The position numbers were made by a program, and so were the translations under genes. Shown here piece after piece: positions 19,319-29,377 of a stretch of DNA of 55,549 nt. The stretch is from an uncultured Eubacteriales bacterium (lineage in GTDB: Bacteria; Bacillota; Clostridia; Christensenellales; CAG-138): the NCBI GenBank assembly GCA_902802805.1, contig CADCNE010000011.1, positions 1 through 55,549 of the forward strand. Reading direction: 5' to 3'. The stretch's first letter is position 1, and the number at the start of each line of letters is the position of its first letter. The notes beneath the pieces are model-generated. The model made no database searches. It had not been told where the DNA came from and worked only from the letters and a program-made list of their open reading frames with translations.

Positions 19319-19888
19319 ATGAAGCTGTTGGACCGAGTACTGCTTTGGGTCCTGTCCGTGCTGGCCATCATACTGGGCCTGCTGCTCATTCTCCTGGTCC
19401 TCATCCCGTCCCTCAGCTGGCTCAAGGCTTCCCCCGTGCGGATCACGGTGGGCGTCATGACCCTCCTGAGCATGGCTTCCGCCCTGTTGCTCCTGCTCCG
19501 CTGCGGCGGACCCAGGGAGCAGGAGGAGGCGGCCCTGGTGGACGACGGGGAGAACGGCAGCGCCTATGTGACGCTGAACGTGCTCAGCGACATGGCTAAG
19601 CGCATCACTCAGGATACGGAAGGCGTTCGCTCCTGCAAAAGCGAGGTGAAGAACAGCGAAGGCGGCGTGGACGTGGAGCTGGAGCTGGCCCTGAACCCGG
19701 GCATTCCGGTGGCGCCTTTGGCCAACAGGCTCCAGGCGAAGCTGAAGGAACGGATCTATGAAATGACCGGCATCCGGGTGAACAAGGTCAGCATCCTTGT
19801 GGAGGCCGCCGCGGAGGGAAAGGCGTCTTTGCCGCCTCCCATCGTGCAGCTGCCGCCGGCACAAACGGAATCGGGGGACAAGCTATGA
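19319..19888 (+). CDS. amaP: Alkaline shock response membrane anchor AmaP
   Basis: Two N-terminal TMs plus Asp23-like C-terminus; canonical position between asp23 and DUF2273. Confidence 0.8.
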   Translation: MKLLDRVLLWVLSVLAIILGLLLILLVLIPSLSWLKASPVRITVGVMTLLSMASALLLLLRCGGPREQEEAALVDDGENGSAYVTLNVLSDMAKRITQDTEGVRSCKSEVKNSEGGVDVELELALNPGIPVAPLANRLQAKLKERIYEMTGIRVNKVSILVEAAAEGKASLPPPIVQLPPAQTESGDKL

Positions 19889-20106
19889 AGGATTGGTTGA
19901 TACGGTTTTACGGGGAGCACAAATGGCTCTCCATCTTGGCGGTGGCCGCTCTGGTGCTGGGGATCCTGTTCCTCTGCATCGGATTCTGGCGGACGCTCCT
20001 GCTGGCGGTCCTGGTGGCCCTCGGCGTGCTGCTGGGCACCCTGCTCGATCGGGGCGGCTGGCCTGCGGTCAAGGATTTCTTCCTCAGCATATTTCATAAA
20101 AGGTAA
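19885..20106 (+). CDS. DUF2273 small membrane protein
   Basis: IGFWRTL motif, two TMs, synteny. Confidence 0.82.
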   Translation: MKDWLIRFYGEHKWLSILAVAALVLGILFLCIGFWRTLLLAVLVALGVLLGTLLDRGGWPAVKDFFLSIFHKR

Positions 20107-20115
20107 AGGACGGAT

Positions 20116-20526
20116 ATGGATCATTCCCTGGCGCGTGAGATCGCGATGAAAATGCTCTACGCCGCCTCCCTGGGCGGGGAGGAGTCCATGAGCGAGGTTT
20201 TGGAACAGAGCGGACAGGCGGACACCCTCTCCGGCAAGGAGAAGACTTTTTTGGAGAACCTGGTGGCGGGCGTTCGCGACCGGCAGGAGGAGCTGGACGA
20301 GATCATCGGCCGGTACTCTCAGGGCTGGGCGCTGAACCGCCTGGCCAAGGTGGATCTGACCATCCTGCGCATGGCCGTCTATGAGCTTAAATACATGCCC
20401 GAAGTCCCCGTAGGCGCCACCATCAACGAGGCGGTGGAACTCTCCAAGCAGTTCTGCGAGGACAAGTCCTCCGGCTTCATCAACGGCATCCTCGGGAGCG
20501 TGGCCCGGGCCATGACGAACGAATGA
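20116..20526 (+). CDS. nusB: Transcription antitermination factor NusB
   Basis: WALNRLAKVDLTILR, INEAVELSK, FINGILG. Confidence 0.95.
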   Translation: MDHSLAREIAMKMLYAASLGGEESMSEVLEQSGQADTLSGKEKTFLENLVAGVRDRQEELDEIIGRYSQGWALNRLAKVDLTILRMAVYELKYMPEVPVGATINEAVELSKQFCEDKSSGFINGILGSVARAMTNE

Positions 20527-21467
20527 AGGGGACGGTGCTGGGCATCGACACCAGCTGTTACACGACCTCGGTTGCCTGCTTCGGCGAAGCTGGCGTCCTG
20601 TACGACGGGAGGACCCTCCTTCCCGTCCAGAAGGGCGGCAGGGGATTGCGGCAGTCCGAGGGCGTTTTTTTGCATACCCGACAGCTGCCGCCCCTGGTGG
20701 AGGCAGCTTTTGCCGCCGTGTCGCCGGACAGCATCAGGGCGGTGGCCTGCAGCCGGGCCCCTGTGGATCGTGAGGATTCCTATATGCCCGTGTTTTTGAC
20801 GGGCGTGGGCGTGGCCCGGGCGCTGGCTGCCTCTCTGAAAGTGCCTCTAATTTCTCTCGATCATCAGAGCGGGCACATCCGCGCCGCTCTGATCGGCAAC
20901 GAGAAACTGCTGACGGCTCCCTTTTACGCCGTCCACCTCTCCGGCGGGACGACCGACCTGCTGGCGGTGGAGGCGAAGGCTCCGGGAGCCTTCGTGATCG
21001 AGCCTTTGGGCTGCTCCGAGGACCTGCATGCTGGCCAGCTGGTGGACCGGGTAGGGGTGCTTCTGGGTTGCGGCTTCCCGGCGGGGAAGGAGCTGGAATC
21101 CCTGGCCCGGCAGGCGACGGATAGGGATCTGCGCATCCCGGCCTCCGTGCGGGAGCTCAGCTGCTCCCTGTCCGGGGCGGAAAGCGCGGCCCGACGGGCC
21201 TTCGAACAGGGCAGACCGGCGGCGGAGATCGCCTATGGCGTCTACGACCTTTTGGGGAGAACTTTGACGAAGCTGCTGGCCAACGCGGTCGCTATCCATG
21301 GGGAGCGACCTGTGCTTCTTTGCGGCGGGGTGGCGTCCAGCCTCCTTTTGCGGGAGCTGCTCAAGGAACGGTGCGATCTGCCCGTCTTTTTCGGCGAGAG
21401 CCGCTTCAGCAGCGACAACGCCGTGGGCGTGGCGGCCCTGGGCTATGATCGGGAGGCGGGCCTATGA
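20523..21467 (+). CDS. TsaD/Kae1 (peptidase M22) family paralogue
   Basis: GIDTSCYTTS, HQSGH, HLSGGTT, GGVASS, SDNAVG. Confidence 0.85.
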   Translation: MKGTVLGIDTSCYTTSVACFGEAGVLYDGRTLLPVQKGGRGLRQSEGVFLHTRQLPPLVEAAFAAVSPDSIRAVACSRAPVDREDSYMPVFLTGVGVARALAASLKVPLISLDHQSGHIRAALIGNEKLLTAPFYAVHLSGGTTDLLAVEAKAPGAFVIEPLGCSEDLHAGQLVDRVGVLLGCGFPAGKELESLARQATDRDLRIPASVRELSCSLSGAESAARRAFEQGRPAAEIAYGVYDLLGRTLTKLLANAVAIHGERPVLLCGGVASSLLLRELLKERCDLPVFFGESRFSSDNAVGVAALGYDREAGL

Positions 21468-22684
21468 CGGAGCTGAAACCGGTCTTTACCGTGTCGGAAC
21501 TCAACGAATATGTGGACCTGATGCTCTCCCGGGACCCCTTCATGGTGGAGCTAAATGTGACGGGGGAGATCAGTGCCTTCAAACGCCACACCTCCGGCCA
21601 TCTGTATTTCACCCTGAAGGATGACGCCGCCTCCGTTCGCTGCGTCATGTTCCGGCCCAACGCCCTGCGGCTCAGCTTTTTCCCCAAGGACGGCATGTCC
21701 GTCCGCATCGAGGGGCGGGCGGGGCTCTACGGTCGGGACGGCTCCTTCCAGGTCTATGCCGAGCGCATGGAGAAGACCGGGGACGGGGCCCTGTATCAGA
21801 AGTTTTTGGCCCTCCGGGACGAGCTTAAGGGCCGGGGCTGGTTCGACGAGAGCCTGAAGAAGCCCATCCCCTTCCTGCCCCGGGCGGTGGGGGTGGTGAC
21901 CTCCGGCACCGGTGCGGCTATCGAGGACATCCGAAACGTGATCTCCCGCCGGTTCCCCAACATGCCCATCGTCCTCTACCCCGTGGCGGTCCAGGGAGAG
22001 AAGGCGGCGGAGGAGATCGCGGCCGCCATCCGCAAGGCGGACGAGGAGCGCCGGTGCGACGTGCTGATCGTTGGCCGGGGCGGCGGCTCTCTGGAGGATC
22101 TGTGGGCCTTCAATGAGGAGATCGTGGTCGAAGCGGTCCATGACTGCGGCCTGCCGGTGATCTCCGCCGTGGGCCACGAGATCGATTTTTCTCTGACGGA
22201 TTTTGCGGCGGACCTGAGAGCGCCCACGCCCTCGGCGGCGGCGGAGCTCGTTGTGCCGGAGCTTGCTAAGCTGAAGGACCGCCTGTTCGAGAGCCGGGAT
22301 AGGCTCCGTTCCGCCCTCCTGCATGGAGTGGAGCGGAAGAAGGATCGGCTGGAGCTGCTGATCCGTCGTCGGGGCGGCATCGTGACGGAGCAGCGTCTTC
22401 TGCAGGAACAGCAGCGGCTCGACCAGTGCAAGGATGCTCTGGAAGAAGGGATCGAGCGGCGGTTCCAGCGGCAGCGGGACGCCTTGACCACCGTGGGCGC
22501 GCGGCTGAAGGCTGCGGACCCTCTGGGAGCCATGGACAGGGGGTTTGCTCTGGTGTACGATAACAAGAACGGCATCGTTCGCCGGGCGGCGGAGACGGCC
22601 GTGGGCGAGGGATTGACCCTGCGATTCAGGGACGGTCGCGTACAGGCGGACGTGACGGGAAAGGATCTGTATGAAAAAGAGTGA
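21464..22684 (+). CDS. xseA: Exodeoxyribonuclease VII large subunit
   Basis: SGHLYFTLKD, RGGGSLEDLWAFNEE, APTPSAAAE. Confidence 0.96.
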   Translation: MTELKPVFTVSELNEYVDLMLSRDPFMVELNVTGEISAFKRHTSGHLYFTLKDDAASVRCVMFRPNALRLSFFPKDGMSVRIEGRAGLYGRDGSFQVYAERMEKTGDGALYQKFLALRDELKGRGWFDESLKKPIPFLPRAVGVVTSGTGAAIEDIRNVISRRFPNMPIVLYPVAVQGEKAAEEIAAAIRKADEERRCDVLIVGRGGGSLEDLWAFNEEIVVEAVHDCGLPVISAVGHEIDFSLTDFAADLRAPTPSAAAELVVPELAKLKDRLFESRDRLRSALLHGVERKKDRLELLIRRRGGIVTEQRLLQEQQRLDQCKDALEEGIERRFQRQRDALTTVGARLKAADPLGAMDRGFALVYDNKNGIVRRAAETAVGEGLTLRFRDGRVQADVTGKDLYEKE

Positions 22685-22865
22685 AAAAAGCTTTGAAGAA
22701 AAGATGGCCGAGCTCGAGGAGCTGATCTCCAAACTGGAGAGCGGCAGCGTGCCCCTTGAGGAGATGGTCGCCCTCCACGAGCGGGGCATGGCCCTGTATG
22801 AAAGCTGTGCCAAGGAACTGGCTGCCTTTGAAAAGCGGCTCAAGATCCCGGGTACGGACGCATGA
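22671..22865 (+). CDS. xseB: Exodeoxyribonuclease VII small subunit
   Basis: SFEEKMAELEELISKLESG..LEE; follows xseA. Confidence 0.93.
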   Translation: MKKSEKSFEEKMAELEELISKLESGSVPLEEMVALHERGMALYESCAKELAAFEKRLKIPGTDA

Positions 22866-23665
22866 AGGACTATCTGTCCCTCATTGAGGAAGCTCTGGAC
22901 CGATACAGCGCCGCCTTCGACCTTCCGGAGCTGTTTCGAAAGTCCATGCGCTACAGCCTCCTTTCCGGCGGCAAGCGGATCCGGGCCTGCCTGTGCCTTG
23001 CATGCTGCGAACTGGTGGGAGGCCAAGTGGAAGACGCCTTGCCTTTTGCGGCGGCCCTGGAGATGATCCACGCCTATTCTCTCATCCATGACGATCTGCC
23101 CGCCATGGACGACGACGATATGCGCCGGGGCAAGCTCAGCAGCCACAAGGCCTTCGGCGAGGGGAATGCCATTCTGGCCGGGGACGGGCTCCTCACCATG
23201 GCCATGCGGGTCCTATGCGACGTTTCGGGGCAGGAGGCGGCCAGGAAAGCCGTCTTCCAGGGCGCTTTGGAGATGGCGGCGGGCCAGAGCCTGGACCTGA
23301 ACGTAACGGCACGGGACATCGATTCTTTGCAGCGCATCCACGACCTCAAGACCGGCGCTCTCTTTCGGGCGGCGTGTCTCTCCGGAGCGTATCGGGGCGG
23401 CTGCGGGGAAGAGGAGGCGGCCACGATCCGCGCCTTTGCGGACAAGCTGGGCCTGCTCTTCCAGATGACCGACGATTTGCTGGATATAGATAAGGATATG
23501 GCAGAGAACAAGCTCACCTATGTGACGTTGCTGGGTGTCGAGAAGACGAAACAGGAGATCGATTCCCTGGCGGCGGACATACATGGCATTTTGAACAGCT
23601 ACAATGGAGAAGCGGCGGCGTATCTTAGGGATATGACCCACAGGATCGCCGTCAGGACGGTATGA
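22862..23665 (+). CDS. ispA: Geranyltranstransferase / FPP synthase
   Basis: GGKRIR, SLIHDDLPAMDDDDMRRG, KTGALF, FQMTDDLLD. Confidence 0.92.
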   Translation: MKDYLSLIEEALDRYSAAFDLPELFRKSMRYSLLSGGKRIRACLCLACCELVGGQVEDALPFAAALEMIHAYSLIHDDLPAMDDDDMRRGKLSSHKAFGEGNAILAGDGLLTMAMRVLCDVSGQEAARKAVFQGALEMAAGQSLDLNVTARDIDSLQRIHDLKTGALFRAACLSGAYRGGCGEEEAATIRAFADKLGLLFQMTDDLLDIDKDMAENKLTYVTLLGVEKTKQEIDSLAADIHGILNSYNGEAAAYLRDMTHRIAVRTV

Positions 23666-25497
23666 AGGATTATCCCATTTTGCAACAACTGAACGGACCC
23701 GCTGACCTGCAGGCCCTGCCCGAGGAAAAGCTGCCCGCTTTAGCTGAAGAGGTACGGGGCTATATGGTGGACTGCGTGTCGAAAAACGGCGGTCACCTGG
23801 CGGCCAGTCTGGGGGCGGTGGACCTGATCATCGCCCTGCATCGGGTGTATACGGACGAGAAGGATCGGCTCATCTTCGACGTGGGCCATCAGGCCTATGC
23901 CCATAAGATATTGACCGGGCGGCGGGACGCCTTTGCGGACTTGCGCCAGGAGGGGGGCATCTCGGGCTTCCCCAAGCGGGAGGAGAGCCCCTACGACGCT
24001 TTCAACACCGGCCACGCCAGCACCTCCATCTCGGCGGCTCTGGGTATGGTGCGGGCAAAGAATCTGCTGCATGAGGCTGGTCATGTGGCCGCCGTCATCG
24101 GCGACGGGGCCCTGACCGGCGGCCTTGCCTACGAAGCCCTGGACGACGGGGGCGACAGCAAGCTCCCCCTGGTGGTGGTCCTCAACGACAACGAAATGTC
24201 CATCTCCCGGAACGTGGGCGCCATGAGCCGGAGCCTGTCCCGCCTCCGTGCCAGCAGCGGCTACAACCGTCTGAAGCGGTTCGTGGTCCGGGCTTTGGAA
24301 ACGGGCACGGTGGGCCGCCGCATGTCCAAGAATCTGGAGGGCTTCAAGAACCGCATCAAGCGGTTCGTGCTCCAGAACACCTTTTTTGAAGAGATGGGCT
24401 TCACCTATCTCGGACCCATCGACGGCCACGACATCCCTCAGATGATCGCCCTGCTGCGGGAGGCCAAGGCCCTGGAGCGGCCCGTGGTGGTCCACGTGAT
24501 CACCCAGAAGGGCAAGGGCTACAGCCTGTCGGAGCGGAATCCGGAGAAGTTCCACGGCATCGCGCCCTTCTCCCCGGAGACGGGGGCGGTGGCCGCCTCC
24601 GGTGCGCCTTCCTGCTCGCAGGTCTTCGGCGAAACGGTGTTGGAGCTCGGTAAAGAGGATGAGTGCATCGTGGCCATCACCGCCGCCATGCGGGACGGCA
24701 CGGGCCTCAGACCCTTCTTCGACGCGTTCCCGGACCGGGCTTTTGACGTGGGCATCGCGGAGGAGCATGCCCTCACCATGGCCGCCGGCATGGCGGCGGA
24801 GGGGTTGAAGCCGGTGGCGGCCATCTATTCCTCCTTCCTGCAGCGGGCCGTGGACCAGCTCTGCCACGATATCTGCCGCCAAAAGCTGCCGGTGGTCGTG
24901 GGCGTGGACCGGGCGGGCCTCGTGGGCCAGGATGGGGAGACCCATCAGGGCATCTACGATCCGGCGCTTCTGTGCGCCATACCGCATCTTTCCGTATATG
25001 AGCCGGCAACGCTTGCCGAGCTTCGCGCCATGGTCCACCTGGCGGTGGAGCGGGGGGAGCCCGCAGCCATCCGCTATTGCCGGGGCACCCTGCCCGAAGG
25101 CGGGGACGAGGAGCCCGTGACCTACGGGAAGTGGGTCACCCTCCGGCCTGCCGCGGACGTGGTCATCGTCGCCGCCGGCCCCCTGGTCGAGATTGCCCGT
25201 CAGGTAGCGGAGGAACAGGATTGCGGCCTGGTGGAGGCAAGGTTTTATAAACCTTTGGACTATGCGCTGCTGGACGATCTCAGAAAGCGGGGCTGCAAGC
25301 TGGTGGTGGCCGAGGAGAACGTGGCGGCTTTGAGCCTGTATGTGGCGGCTTATTGCCCGGAGCTCGTCGTCCGGCCCCTGTGCCTGCCCGACGGGCCCAT
25401 GCCCCAGGCGACGGTAGCACGGCAGCGGACCCTGGGCGGCGTGGATGCGGCGGCCATGACCCGGGCTGTAAGGGAGCTGAGAGGTATCCATGGATAA
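23662..25497 (+). CDS. dxs: 1-deoxy-D-xylulose-5-phosphate synthase
   Basis: GGHLAASLG, FDVGHQAY, GDGALTGG..NDN TPP motif, DRAGLVGQDGETHQG. Confidence 0.96.
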   Translation: MKDYPILQQLNGPADLQALPEEKLPALAEEVRGYMVDCVSKNGGHLAASLGAVDLIIALHRVYTDEKDRLIFDVGHQAYAHKILTGRRDAFADLRQEGGISGFPKREESPYDAFNTGHASTSISAALGMVRAKNLLHEAGHVAAVIGDGALTGGLAYEALDDGGDSKLPLVVVLNDNEMSISRNVGAMSRSLSRLRASSGYNRLKRFVVRALETGTVGRRMSKNLEGFKNRIKRFVLQNTFFEEMGFTYLGPIDGHDIPQMIALLREAKALERPVVVHVITQKGKGYSLSERNPEKFHGIAPFSPETGAVAASGAPSCSQVFGETVLELGKEDECIVAITAAMRDGTGLRPFFDAFPDRAFDVGIAEEHALTMAAGMAAEGLKPVAAIYSSFLQRAVDQLCHDICRQKLPVVVGVDRAGLVGQDGETHQGIYDPALLCAIPHLSVYEPATLAELRAMVHLAVERGEPAAIRYCRGTLPEGGDEEPVTYGKWVTLRPAADVVIVAAGPLVEIARQVAEEQDCGLVEARFYKPLDYALLDDLRKRGCKLVVAEENVAALSLYVAAYCPELVVRPLCLPDGPMPQATVARQRTLGGVDAAAMTRAVRELRGIHG

Positions 25498-26311
25498 AAA
25501 ACGTTTGGATGTACATATGGTGGAGGCGGGCCTGGCCCCTTCCCGGGAACGAGCCCGGGCCATGATCATGGCCGGGGAGGTCTTCGTTAACGGCCAGAAG
25601 GCGGAGAAGGCCGGGATGGAGGTGCGTCCGGACGACGTTGTGACCATACAGGAGGACCCCATCCCCTTCGTGAGTCGGGGCGGCCTCAAGCTGGACAAGG
25701 CCCTGAAGGTGTTTCCCCTGACGCTGAAAGACAAGGTGTGCCTGGACGTGGGCGCATCCACCGGCGGGTTCACGGACTGTATGCTCCAAAATGGGGCGAA
25801 GCATGTCACCGCTCTGGACGTGGGCTACGGCCAGCTGGACTGGAAGCTTCGCAACGATCCCAGAGTCACGGTCATGGAACGCCGCAACGCCCGCTTCATG
25901 GAGCCCGCCTGGTTCGATGGCCTCTTCGACTTCGCGTCCATCGACGTTTCCTTCATTTCCCTGAAGCTGATCCTGCCGCCCCTCAAAGCCTGTTTGAAGC
26001 CCGACGGCCAGGTGGTGGCCCTCATCAAGCCCCAGTTCGAGGCAGGCCGGGGCCAGGTGGGCAAGAACGGCGTCGTTCGGGAGGCGTCTATTCATAATGA
26101 TGTATGTATAAACATTATTCGGTTTGCACAACAGTCTGGATACAGCGTGGAGGACCTTTCCTTTTCACCCATCACAGGCCCCAAAGGAAACATAGAGTTT
26201 CTGCTGTTTTTGCGGAATGAGGGCGAGATGAGACCGGTCGAAGTTGACGATTGGGCGCAAAAAACGGCCCGGATCGTGTCGGATGGTCATAAATTTCACA
26301 TAAATTGTTAA
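25490..26311 (+). CDS. tlyA: TlyA family rRNA methyltransferase
   Basis: S4 domain, FVSRGGLKL, DVGASTGGFTD, IKPQFE. Confidence 0.94.
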   Translation: MDKKRLDVHMVEAGLAPSRERARAMIMAGEVFVNGQKAEKAGMEVRPDDVVTIQEDPIPFVSRGGLKLDKALKVFPLTLKDKVCLDVGASTGGFTDCMLQNGAKHVTALDVGYGQLDWKLRNDPRVTVMERRNARFMEPAWFDGLFDFASIDVSFISLKLILPPLKACLKPDGQVVALIKPQFEAGRGQVGKNGVVREASIHNDVCINIIRFAQQSGYSVEDLSFSPITGPKGNIEFLLFLRNEGEMRPVEVDDWAQKTARIVSDGHKFHINC

Positions 26312-26330
26312 AAAATTATTCATATCTGTA

Positions 26331-26359
26331 TTGAAATTTCGGAAACTATACTGTATAAT
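26331..26359 (+). promoter_or_regulatory. Sigma-A-like promoter for nadK-argR-recN
   Basis: TTGAAA-17 nt-TATAAT in an AT-rich gap. Confidence 0.65.
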
Positions 26360-26390
26360 ACATCTGCAGTATTCATCCGAGGGTAAGGTT

Positions 26391-27173
26391 TTGTATCTAT
26401 TCTTTGCGGCGAATCCTAAAAAACCGGCCACTTTCGACGCGAAAAAACGCATGATGGATGCAGCGGCAAGCTCCGGTTTTTTATGCGCTGAGCTGGAAGA
26501 GCGGGCCCCCGTTGCCGGGGAGGACGGCATCCTCATCGTCATCGGCGGCGACGGCTCCATCATCCGGCATGTGCCGGTGGCTATGACAGCCCGGATGCCC
26601 ATCCTGGGGATCCACTTCGGTCGCGTGGGCTTTCTGACGGAGCTGACGGAGGAAGGCTTTTTGACGGCTCTTCCGCGGCTCAAGGCGGGGGACTACCGTC
26701 TGGAGCGGCGGGCCATGCTGGATTGCGAGGTCAGCACGGGGCGCATTTATCGGTGTCTCAACGACGCGGTGCTCTACAAGCTCTCCTTCTCCGGCGTCAC
26801 GGAGATCGACGTGCGCATCGGCGGCAGGAGCGCCTGGACGGTGAGTGCGGATGGGGTCATGGTCTCCACGCCTACAGGCTCCACCGGCTACAATCTGTCG
26901 GCCGGCGGCCCCATCGTGCCGGAGGGGCTGGACGCCATGGTCATCACGCCCATCTGTCCCCACAAGCTCCATGTACGGCCCATCGTGGTCCGGAGCGATA
27001 CCGAGGTGGAGCTGGTGGAGCATGACGACGGCATGGCGGCCATGGACGGTCAGCGGGTGTGTCGGGTGGCCAAAGGGGAATCTTTGAAGATCACCGGGTC
27101 GAAGGAGAGCGTCTCCTTCATCCGGTTCCAGCAGATGGATCTTTACAGCCGCATACAGGAACGGCTGACATGA
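26391..27173 (+). CDS. nadK: NAD(+) kinase
   Basis: GGDGS, GRVGFL, LND, ADGVMVSTPTGSTGYNLSAGGP; start inferred at TTG 26391. Confidence 0.92.
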   Translation: MYLFFAANPKKPATFDAKKRMMDAAASSGFLCAELEERAPVAGEDGILIVIGGDGSIIRHVPVAMTARMPILGIHFGRVGFLTELTEEGFLTALPRLKAGDYRLERRAMLDCEVSTGRIYRCLNDAVLYKLSFSGVTEIDVRIGGRSAWTVSADGVMVSTPTGSTGYNLSAGGPIVPEGLDAMVITPICPHKLHVRPIVVRSDTEVELVEHDDGMAAMDGQRVCRVAKGESLKITGSKESVSFIRFQQMDLYSRIQERLT

Positions 27174-27231
27174 ACGTGCAGCCGCATACAAAAGCGGCGG
27201 ATATAGACTTGAAACGAACGAGGCGGAAACT

Positions 27232-27681
27232 ATGAAGACGAAACGACATGCCATGATCATCAAGATCATCGCTTCCCGGGATGTGGAGACCCAGGAGGAG
27301 TTGGCGCGGCTCCTGGGCGAACAGGGGTTCCAGGTCACCCAGGCCACTGTCTCCCGCGATATCAAGGAGCTGCGGCTCATCAAGGTCCTCACCAGCGAAG
27401 GCCGCTATAAGTATGCCACCGTGGAGAAGGCTGAGTCCGATCTGCAGGAGCGGTTCATCCGCCTGTTCTCCAACTGCGTGATCTCCGTCACCAACGCGGG
27501 GAACCTGATCGTGATCAAGACCATCTCCGGCAGCGCCTCCGTGGCCGGGGAGGCCATCGACTCCCTGAAGTGGCCCGAGGTCGCCGGTTCCATCGCCGGG
27601 GACAACACCATCTTCGTGGCCATCCGGGAGGGCAAGAACACCGCCGAGATCATCAAGCGTTTCCAGAAGATGATGAAATAA
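27232..27681 (+). CDS. argR: Arginine repressor
   Basis: TQEEL, VTQATVSRDIKEL, IAGDNT. Confidence 0.96.
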   Translation: MKTKRHAMIIKIIASRDVETQEELARLLGEQGFQVTQATVSRDIKELRLIKVLTSEGRYKYATVEKAESDLQERFIRLFSNCVISVTNAGNLIVIKTISGSASVAGEAIDSLKWPEVAGSIAGDNTIFVAIREGKNTAEIIKRFQKMMK

Positions 27682-27695
27682 AGGAGCAAAGAAGC

Positions 27696-29369
27696 GTGCT
27701 CAGGCACTTGACCATATCCAATATCGCATTGATCGATAAGCTCTCCCTGGACTTCGAGGAGGGCTTTTCTGCACTGACGGGCGAGACCGGCGCCGGCAAA
27801 TCCATCCTCATCGAGGCAGTGGGCCTGGCCCTCGGGGAGCGGGCCTATCGGGAGAGCATCCGCACCGGTGCCCAGAAGGGGGCGGTGGAGGCCCTGTTCA
27901 CCGTGAAGGAGGGCACGCCTGCGGCGGAGTACCTGCTGGATCAGGAGCTCTACGACGGGGAGGAGGTGGTCCTCTACCGGGAGCTGTATATGAGCGGCAA
28001 GAGCGTCTGCCGGATCAACGGCACCCTGGTCAGTGCGGCGGAGCTGAAGACTGTGGGGGATATGCTGGTGGACATGCACGGCCAGCACGCCCACCAATCC
28101 CTGCTGAACGAAAAGACTCACCTGGGCCTGCTGGACGCCTTCGCGGACAGCGACGGGGACGGTCTTCTCAGCCGGATGCTGGAGGAGCGCAGATCAGCCC
28201 TCGAAGCCCGCGCCGCCCGGGAGAAGCTGCAATCGAGCCTCAAGGAGCGGGCCAGGCGCCTGGATGTGATCGCCTATGAATTGAAGGAGATCGACGGCGC
28301 GTCCCTGGAGTCGGGGGAGGAGGAGCAGCTGGAGCTTCGGAAAAAGCAGCTCCAGAACTTCGCCGCCATCGAGGAGAACCTGCAGGCCGCCTACGACGCC
28401 CTCTATGAGGAGCAGGGAGCCCTGGGCAAGGTGGCGGACGCCAAGCGGTGCCTTTCGGCTCTGGGCGAATACGGGGAGGAATATGAGGCCGCAGCTCGGC
28501 AGACGGAGGAGGCCTACTACACTTTGGAGGACGTGTCCTACACCCTCCGAGACGCTTTAAACGGCCTGTCCTTTGACCCCGAGACCCTGAACGAGATCGA
28601 AAGCCGTCTGTTTCTCATCGAGCAGCTCAAGCGCAAGTACGGCGCGAACATAGAGGAGATACTGGCCTACGCCGACGGCCTGCGGGCGGAGCAAACGGAG
28701 CTTCTGGGCGGCGAGGATCGGATGGCCGAATTGGAGCAGGCGGAGCGGGACGCCGTGGCCGCCTTCACGGCCGACGCCCGGGCCCTGTCCCAGCGCCGAA
28801 AGGAAGCCGCGCAGCGGCTGAAGATCGCCATCGAGACGAACCTGAAGGACATGGGCATGCCCTTCGCCTCTTTCTCTGCGGGATTTGCTCCCGTAGACCC
28901 CGAAGCTCTGGCCGAGAATGGCATGGACGAGGTCGCCTTCCTGTTTTCCGCCAACAAGGGCGAGCCCGAAAAGCCCCTTGCTCGCGTGGCCTCTGGCGGC
29001 GAGGTGTCCCGGGTCATGCTGTCCTTCAAGGCGGCGCTGTCCGGAGCGGACGCCATCGACACCCTGATCTTCGACGAGATCGACACGGGCATCTCCGGCC
29101 TCATCGCCAACGCCGTGGCCAGGAAGATGCAGGAGCTGTCCAGGACCCATCAGCTCCTCTGCGTCACCCACCTTGCCCAGATCGCGGCCCGGGCGGATCA
29201 GCAGTATTACATCTACAAGGAGACGGTGGGGGAGACCACCCGTTCTGCGGTGAAGCCCCTTTCTGAGGCGGAGCGCCCGTGTGAGCTCGCTCGCATCATG
29301 GGCAGCGTCAACGATCCCCTGGCCATCCAGCACGCCAAGAATCTGCTGCGGAGCGCTCGGGAGAGCTGA
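27696..29369 (+). CDS. recN: DNA repair protein RecN
   Basis: TGETGAGKS, HGQH, ASGGEVSR, FDEIDTG, VTHLAQIA; GTG start after aaggag. Confidence 0.96.
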   Translation: MLRHLTISNIALIDKLSLDFEEGFSALTGETGAGKSILIEAVGLALGERAYRESIRTGAQKGAVEALFTVKEGTPAAEYLLDQELYDGEEVVLYRELYMSGKSVCRINGTLVSAAELKTVGDMLVDMHGQHAHQSLLNEKTHLGLLDAFADSDGDGLLSRMLEERRSALEARAAREKLQSSLKERARRLDVIAYELKEIDGASLESGEEEQLELRKKQLQNFAAIEENLQAAYDALYEEQGALGKVADAKRCLSALGEYGEEYEAAARQTEEAYYTLEDVSYTLRDALNGLSFDPETLNEIESRLFLIEQLKRKYGANIEEILAYADGLRAEQTELLGGEDRMAELEQAERDAVAAFTADARALSQRRKEAAQRLKIAIETNLKDMGMPFASFSAGFAPVDPEALAENGMDEVAFLFSANKGEPEKPLARVASGGEVSRVMLSFKAALSGADAIDTLIFDEIDTGISGLIANAVARKMQELSRTHQLLCVTHLAQIAARADQQYYIYKETVGETTRSAVKPLSEAERPCELARIMGSVNDPLAIQHAKNLLRSARES

Positions 29370-29377
29370 TCCTTTTC

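Noticed and set aside
21551-25809. Long minus-strand ORFs (531 and 689 aa), and similar ones opposite hsdM and hsdR
   Set aside because: Stop-poor antisense frames of well-identified genes, expected at high GC; no recognisable motifs.
26290-27231. ARG boxes upstream of nadK/argR
   Set aside because: Only partial matches in AT-rich sequence; no convincing tandem pair.
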